A stretch of 64,000 bases of DNA, taken from Felis catus. Its lineage: Eukaryota. Location of the stretch: NCBI RefSeq assembly GCF_018350175.1, contig NC_058383.1, positions 20,152,001 to 20,216,000 of the forward strand, given 5' to 3'. Both the position numbers and the translations under genes were made by a program. The first letter of the stretch is position 1. Each line of letters begins with the position of its first letter. Shown here in pieces: positions 60,006-64,000 of the stretch. The notes under the pieces are model-generated. The model ran no database searches. It had not been told where the DNA came from and saw nothing but the letters and a program-made list of their open reading frames with translations.

Positions 60006-60248
60006 GTGGATTACCTGGATCCTAATCCCAGCTCACGACTCCGGAGTGGTGACACCCTTGGCAAATTACTAACTCCTCTGAGCTTCACGTGCCCGAGTTT
60101 CCAGGGCCTGGTGAAGGGTGAGGCGAAGGAACACATGCAATTGTAGAGCACATTCTTGTACATAGTGTGTGTGAGCACCTCCTGTTTTCCCAGCTTCGCG
60201 TCACTGGAACCCTGAGCACCGATTGTCCATCCAGAAAGATCTCCCACA

Positions 60249-60462
60249 GGGGCACCTAGGTAGCTAGCTCAGGTGGCTGAGCGTCCGACTCTCGGTTTCG
60301 GCTCAGGTGATGATCTCCCGGTTTGTGAGTTCGAGCCCCGGGTCAGGCTCTGCGTCGTCAACGTGGAGCCTGCTTGGGATTCCCTCTCCCCCTGTCCCTC
60401 CCCTTCCCCTGCTCAAACTGACTATTCCTCTCTCTCAAAATAAATAAATAGACATTAAAAAA
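60249..60462 (+). mobile_element. Can-SINE
   Basis: Head, B-box and tail present; TSD AGAAAGA(T/C)CTCCC. Confidence 0.92.
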
Positions 60463-61399
60463 AGAAAGACCTCCCGGGCCATAGTATCCTTATTGCAGTG
60501 GTGCAAAACGTGGGCAGAGCGGAGTCCCTTCCGGCCTTGGTGGAGTGGGCTGCATTGTGGGACAGAGCCATCGGCCTCCTGCTATAACTTCGACACACCC
60601 TCAGCAACGGTCGGTCATTATTCTAGGCTCCACCGTTCACGTGGGATTGTCCCTTCTCTGCCTGTTCATTGTCCCCTTCTGGCCTTCTGTGATTTCTTTC
60701 TTCTGAACACGGATTCAAGACGCTAATTAGCTTGACTGCAGCTATCATTTTGTTATGTCTGCATGTACCAAGCCATCATGCCATATACCTTAAATATATA
60801 CAGATTTTAGTTTTTAAAACTGGCCTTCGGAGTGTGGGGTGGGGCAGGAAATGGCCGATCTTAGAGTTTAGCTCTGTTCCATAGAGGCTCTCGGAGGCGG
60901 CTGTGGGTACCGCTCAGGTGGTGCCATTGAGGGCTCCCCCAGCCGAGTCCCTGGGGTGGCGCTGAGAGGGCAGGAACACCTCTCGGCTCAGCTCAACCAG
61001 CTGAGTATCAGTCTTCCTGTGGACCCGACAAGTCTGTCCATTACATCACACCTTGAAGTCTGGCCTCCTTCTCGTTTACCTACTTCTCCAGTTCTTAAGG
61101 CATACTGAGATGCCCCCTGGATTGGCCGGGATCACGGCACTCTGTTTCACGGATACATGGCCTTCCTCCTTAAATTCCAGCCTGCTTTTGGTCAGTCTTT
61201 CTCTCTTCACTCGCTATTTGCAATGCCCACTGGAATGGCCCTTCGTGGCCGTGAAGGATCAGGTTATTGTTCAGCAGGTACGTATGTATTACTTTACCTC
61301 TCCCAGTGAAGGAGGTATATGCTTCTCAGCCCCTGATTTGACTTCTTTGGCCAAAGGGATATTGCCAGGTATGATATTAGCACAGTTTGGCTTGGCTCT

Positions 61400-61656
61400 G
61401 GATCTCCTGTGATTACCATGAGAAGAACATGCACTGAGTAGCCACTTTCAGCCTAGGTCCAAGAACATGGGGCAGACTTGACCCCAAGGTACAGCCTGGA
61501 ACTAAGGCCAGCCAACCAGCAGCCTGATGGAGTTGTCTAAGGCATCGCTTGTGTGCAGACCCCCTCTCCATGAAGATAAACGCTCGTGGTTGTAAAACAC
61601 TGAACTTTGAGGTAGTTTGTTACGCGGCATTCTTATGTCAATAGCTGACTAATACA
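61400..61656 (+). mobile_element. MLT1H-like LTR 3' part
   Basis: CCATGAGAAGAACATGC...GTAGTTTGTTACGCGGCATT...CAATAGCTGACTAATACA. Confidence 0.7.
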
Positions 61657-63430
61657 CTGGACTTGGATGCTAATGAGTTGACTTTGTCCCACACGCCACG
61701 CCTATGATAAACCTTGTGTTACTACTTTTTTGTGATCCCGACCTCAACTCCATTCCTACCCATGAGCACGCGTGGCCAGTGTCTCAGCCTGCCATGTGTC
61801 TAATCCCACCTCAGCCAGTATACTTGGTGACCAAAAAAGAGACCTGCAGTGTAATCCCCGGAAGTAAGCCAACATTCTATAGCATAAGTATGAGCACGAA
61901 CGTGTAAAAACAAAGGACACCTAAGTGAAAGTTCAGGCATGAACCCTCAGTCAGGAGACACAGGAAAGAGGCTTTGGTTGAAAAGGCTTGAAGGCTGCTT
62001 AGGTAATACTCTCATGCCTTTTGGAGGTAGACGTATAATTATTTCATTATGTTTTCCTGTGAAGTGTGAAAACTCTCTTTACCAATCCTCTTAAATTAGT
62101 TAAATATAATATTCAGCGAGACAGGAGACAGAGCAATGTTAATTGAAAGTGGAGAGGTGTTTATAGGTTGATATGGTGCAGCCAACTGTGACTCAAATTA
62201 ATGTTTGGGGGTTCCTGCACCTGCCTGATACCCTCCAGTTTATTCTGTATTTCCAACAGCAGCTCCCGGCACCCAGAGACTCTTGTTCAATGTGCCACCA
62301 TTCCAGCTCGCCTTGGAGAAGATTTCTTTGCATTGGGTCACAGAAGATGCAATTTTAATTACATTCTATTCGGAAGATTTGGCCTGCTGAGGTGTTAAGG
62401 ACATCAGGAGAATTTTCAAAAATTCATCTCACGCTGTATAAGTTGTTGACAAGATTGTCACCGAGACTGTCCGCGGTGTTACCTTCAAGTCTGTCAAGGT
62501 TGGGTTTTCTCCATCACCTATACCGGACCAGAGTCGGGCCCTTTGGGATCAGAGTAACAGGAAATGGCAGGATATCGAAAGACAAAGACTGGTCCAAGAG
62601 TTTCATTTTACCTCTGTTCTTTATGAAGCGTAGTATCACGTTATTCTTTGCACTGTTCCTGCTTGATGGTGGGTTCTTCGGCTACATGGTGATTCCTAAA
62701 TTCCATTACTTACTTGTTCAACGGGGCAAATGTCAGTGGTATAACCCCTGTCCCCCAGCTGAGCCTGTCTACTGAGTGTGACCAGCTCACCATACCAGTA
62801 GCGTGAGCAGACGTATTTTTGATTCCTTTCTTCACTTACCTCAGGCAGGAATTGTGGTGCCCTGCTGGCATCCAATCACATCCTTCTTTATTTATTTGGA
62901 ACACCCAAGGCATGTTTGTAACGATTCTTTTAATGGAACGGTCTGGAAAGTCTGGTTGGAACAACAAAAAATGTAACTGTTAACAGGAAATGGAGAGATG
63001 ATGGAGTTGTCTTCCCTTTGTTAGATATTCAGGCTATATTCTGGAAGAGAAACAGAGAGAGTAGTGTAGCTTGCTTAGGAGCAAGCAAGCTTTTCTTCCC
63101 GTAAAGAAGAAAAGTGTTGCACAGTGGTGTCCTTGGGTCCCAAACCCGCGTGGGATACTGTTCCCCCAAACCCCATGACCACATCTCTTTAGCTTTTCAC
63201 TAGCCATGGTTTTATGTTCATATCAAGACTGGATTTGCCTCTGGGCCTTTCTTGGACAGGTCGATAGTCTCATGGGTCACAGAAGCACTGAACTTCAGGA
63301 CCTTTCTTTGGCCAAACACCGATTTTTGAAGACTTTCTGCACCTTAAGGCTCAGGAATCTCCTCTTGCCTTCATTTAATTCCTTGAGAAGTTTGGTTCTT
63401 CAGAAAAAGATGTCTCCCTACAGAAGCCTT

Positions 63431-63652
63431 CTTTTTTTTTTTTTTTTTGTAATTGAAGTGTAATTGACATACAATGTAATACTAACTTCGGGAGTACAAC
63501 ACGGAGACTCAACAATTCTACACGTTACACAATCCTCACTAGTGTAAGTGTCGCGATCACCTGTCACCATACGAAACCATTACAAAATTATTGACTGCAT
63601 GCCCTATGCTGTGCTTTTCATCGCCATGGCTTATTTATATTTGTAATTGGAA
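63431..63652 (-). mobile_element. L1 3' end (carnivore/L1MA-like) with poly(T)
   Basis: T run followed by AATTGAAGTGTAATTGACATACAAT...TTATTGACT...CCCTATGCTGT. Confidence 0.8.
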
Positions 63653-64000
63653 ATTTGCAAAAAAGCAAGCAAAAGACCTGAATACACGTGTTCCCAAAGA
63701 AGACATCCAGATGGCCGACAGACACATGAAAAGACGCCCAACATCACTCATCATCAGAGGAATGCAGATCAAAACCACAACAAGGTATCGCCTCACACCA
63801 GTCAGAACGGCTACCCTCAGAAATAGGAAGTGTGGAGGATGTGAAGAAAAGGGAACCTCCATGCACTGTTGGTGGGAATGTAAGTCGGTGCAGCCATGGC
63901 AGAAAACAGTATGGAAGTTCCTCCAAAAATTAAAAATAGGCCTAACCCATGATCCAGCATTTCCACTGCTGAGTACCCAAAGGAGGTGAAAACTCTAACC
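63653..64000 (+). mobile_element. L1 ORF2 C-terminal fragment (runs off the window)
   Basis: ORF peptide KEDIQMADRHMKR...SLIIRGMQIKTTTRYRLTPVR...HCWWECKSVQPWQKTVWKFLQKLKI is the L1 ORF2 cysteine-rich end. Confidence 0.92.

Noticed and set aside
466..60462. Recurrent ORFs such as MAQSVKRPTSAQVMISRFVSSSPASGS and GAEREGDTESEAGSRL
   Set aside because: Translations of Can-SINE copies, not a gene family.
547..60462. tRNA-like A/B box sequences and dispersed repeats that might suggest tRNA genes or a CRISPR-like array
   Set aside because: They are tRNA-derived SINE heads with CT bodies, A tails and TSDs; there is no regular repeat-spacer periodicity and the DNA is mammalian.
1..64000. Identity of the host locus or neighbouring gene, and exact species
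   Set aside because: No exon or diagnostic sequence recognised; only felid origin is supported, by the SINE subtype.

Overview
Mammalian, almost certainly felid (cat-family), genomic DNA: it carries about 30 tRNA-derived carnivore SINEs, several of the young feline SINEC_Fc type. I find no recognisable protein-coding exon, RNA gene or CRISPR array. The ORF track is explained by SINE, L1, LTR and low-complexity sequence or by chance ORFs, so the window looks intergenic or deep-intronic. It is a layered record of transposons: Can-SINEs (several nested, many with target-site duplications, TSDs), old and carnivore L1 fragments (one clearly 5'-inverted), two LTR-internal-LTR MaLR (MLT1) proviruses, solo MLT1/LTR33-like LTRs, a Tigger-type MITE inside a MER82-like element, and MIR and L2 relics. 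Between these lie about ten repeat-free islands, mostly AT-rich, with developmental transcription-factor motifs (homeodomain, octamer, HOX13, T-box, TCF, RFX), which may be enhancers of a gene outside the window. I cannot support a new biological system. The most interesting signals are: (i) local AT-to-GC remodelling of ancient repeats into CpG-rich patches, suggestive of GC-biased gene conversion; (ii) unusual retrotransposition junctions (53-bp homology-extended duplication, tail-only insertion, twin priming); (iii) a 420-bp pure pyrimidine expansion; (iv) the candidate enhancer islands. Repeat family names come from recalled consensus sequences and need RepeatMasker/Dfam confirmation. Boundaries of old elements are approximate.
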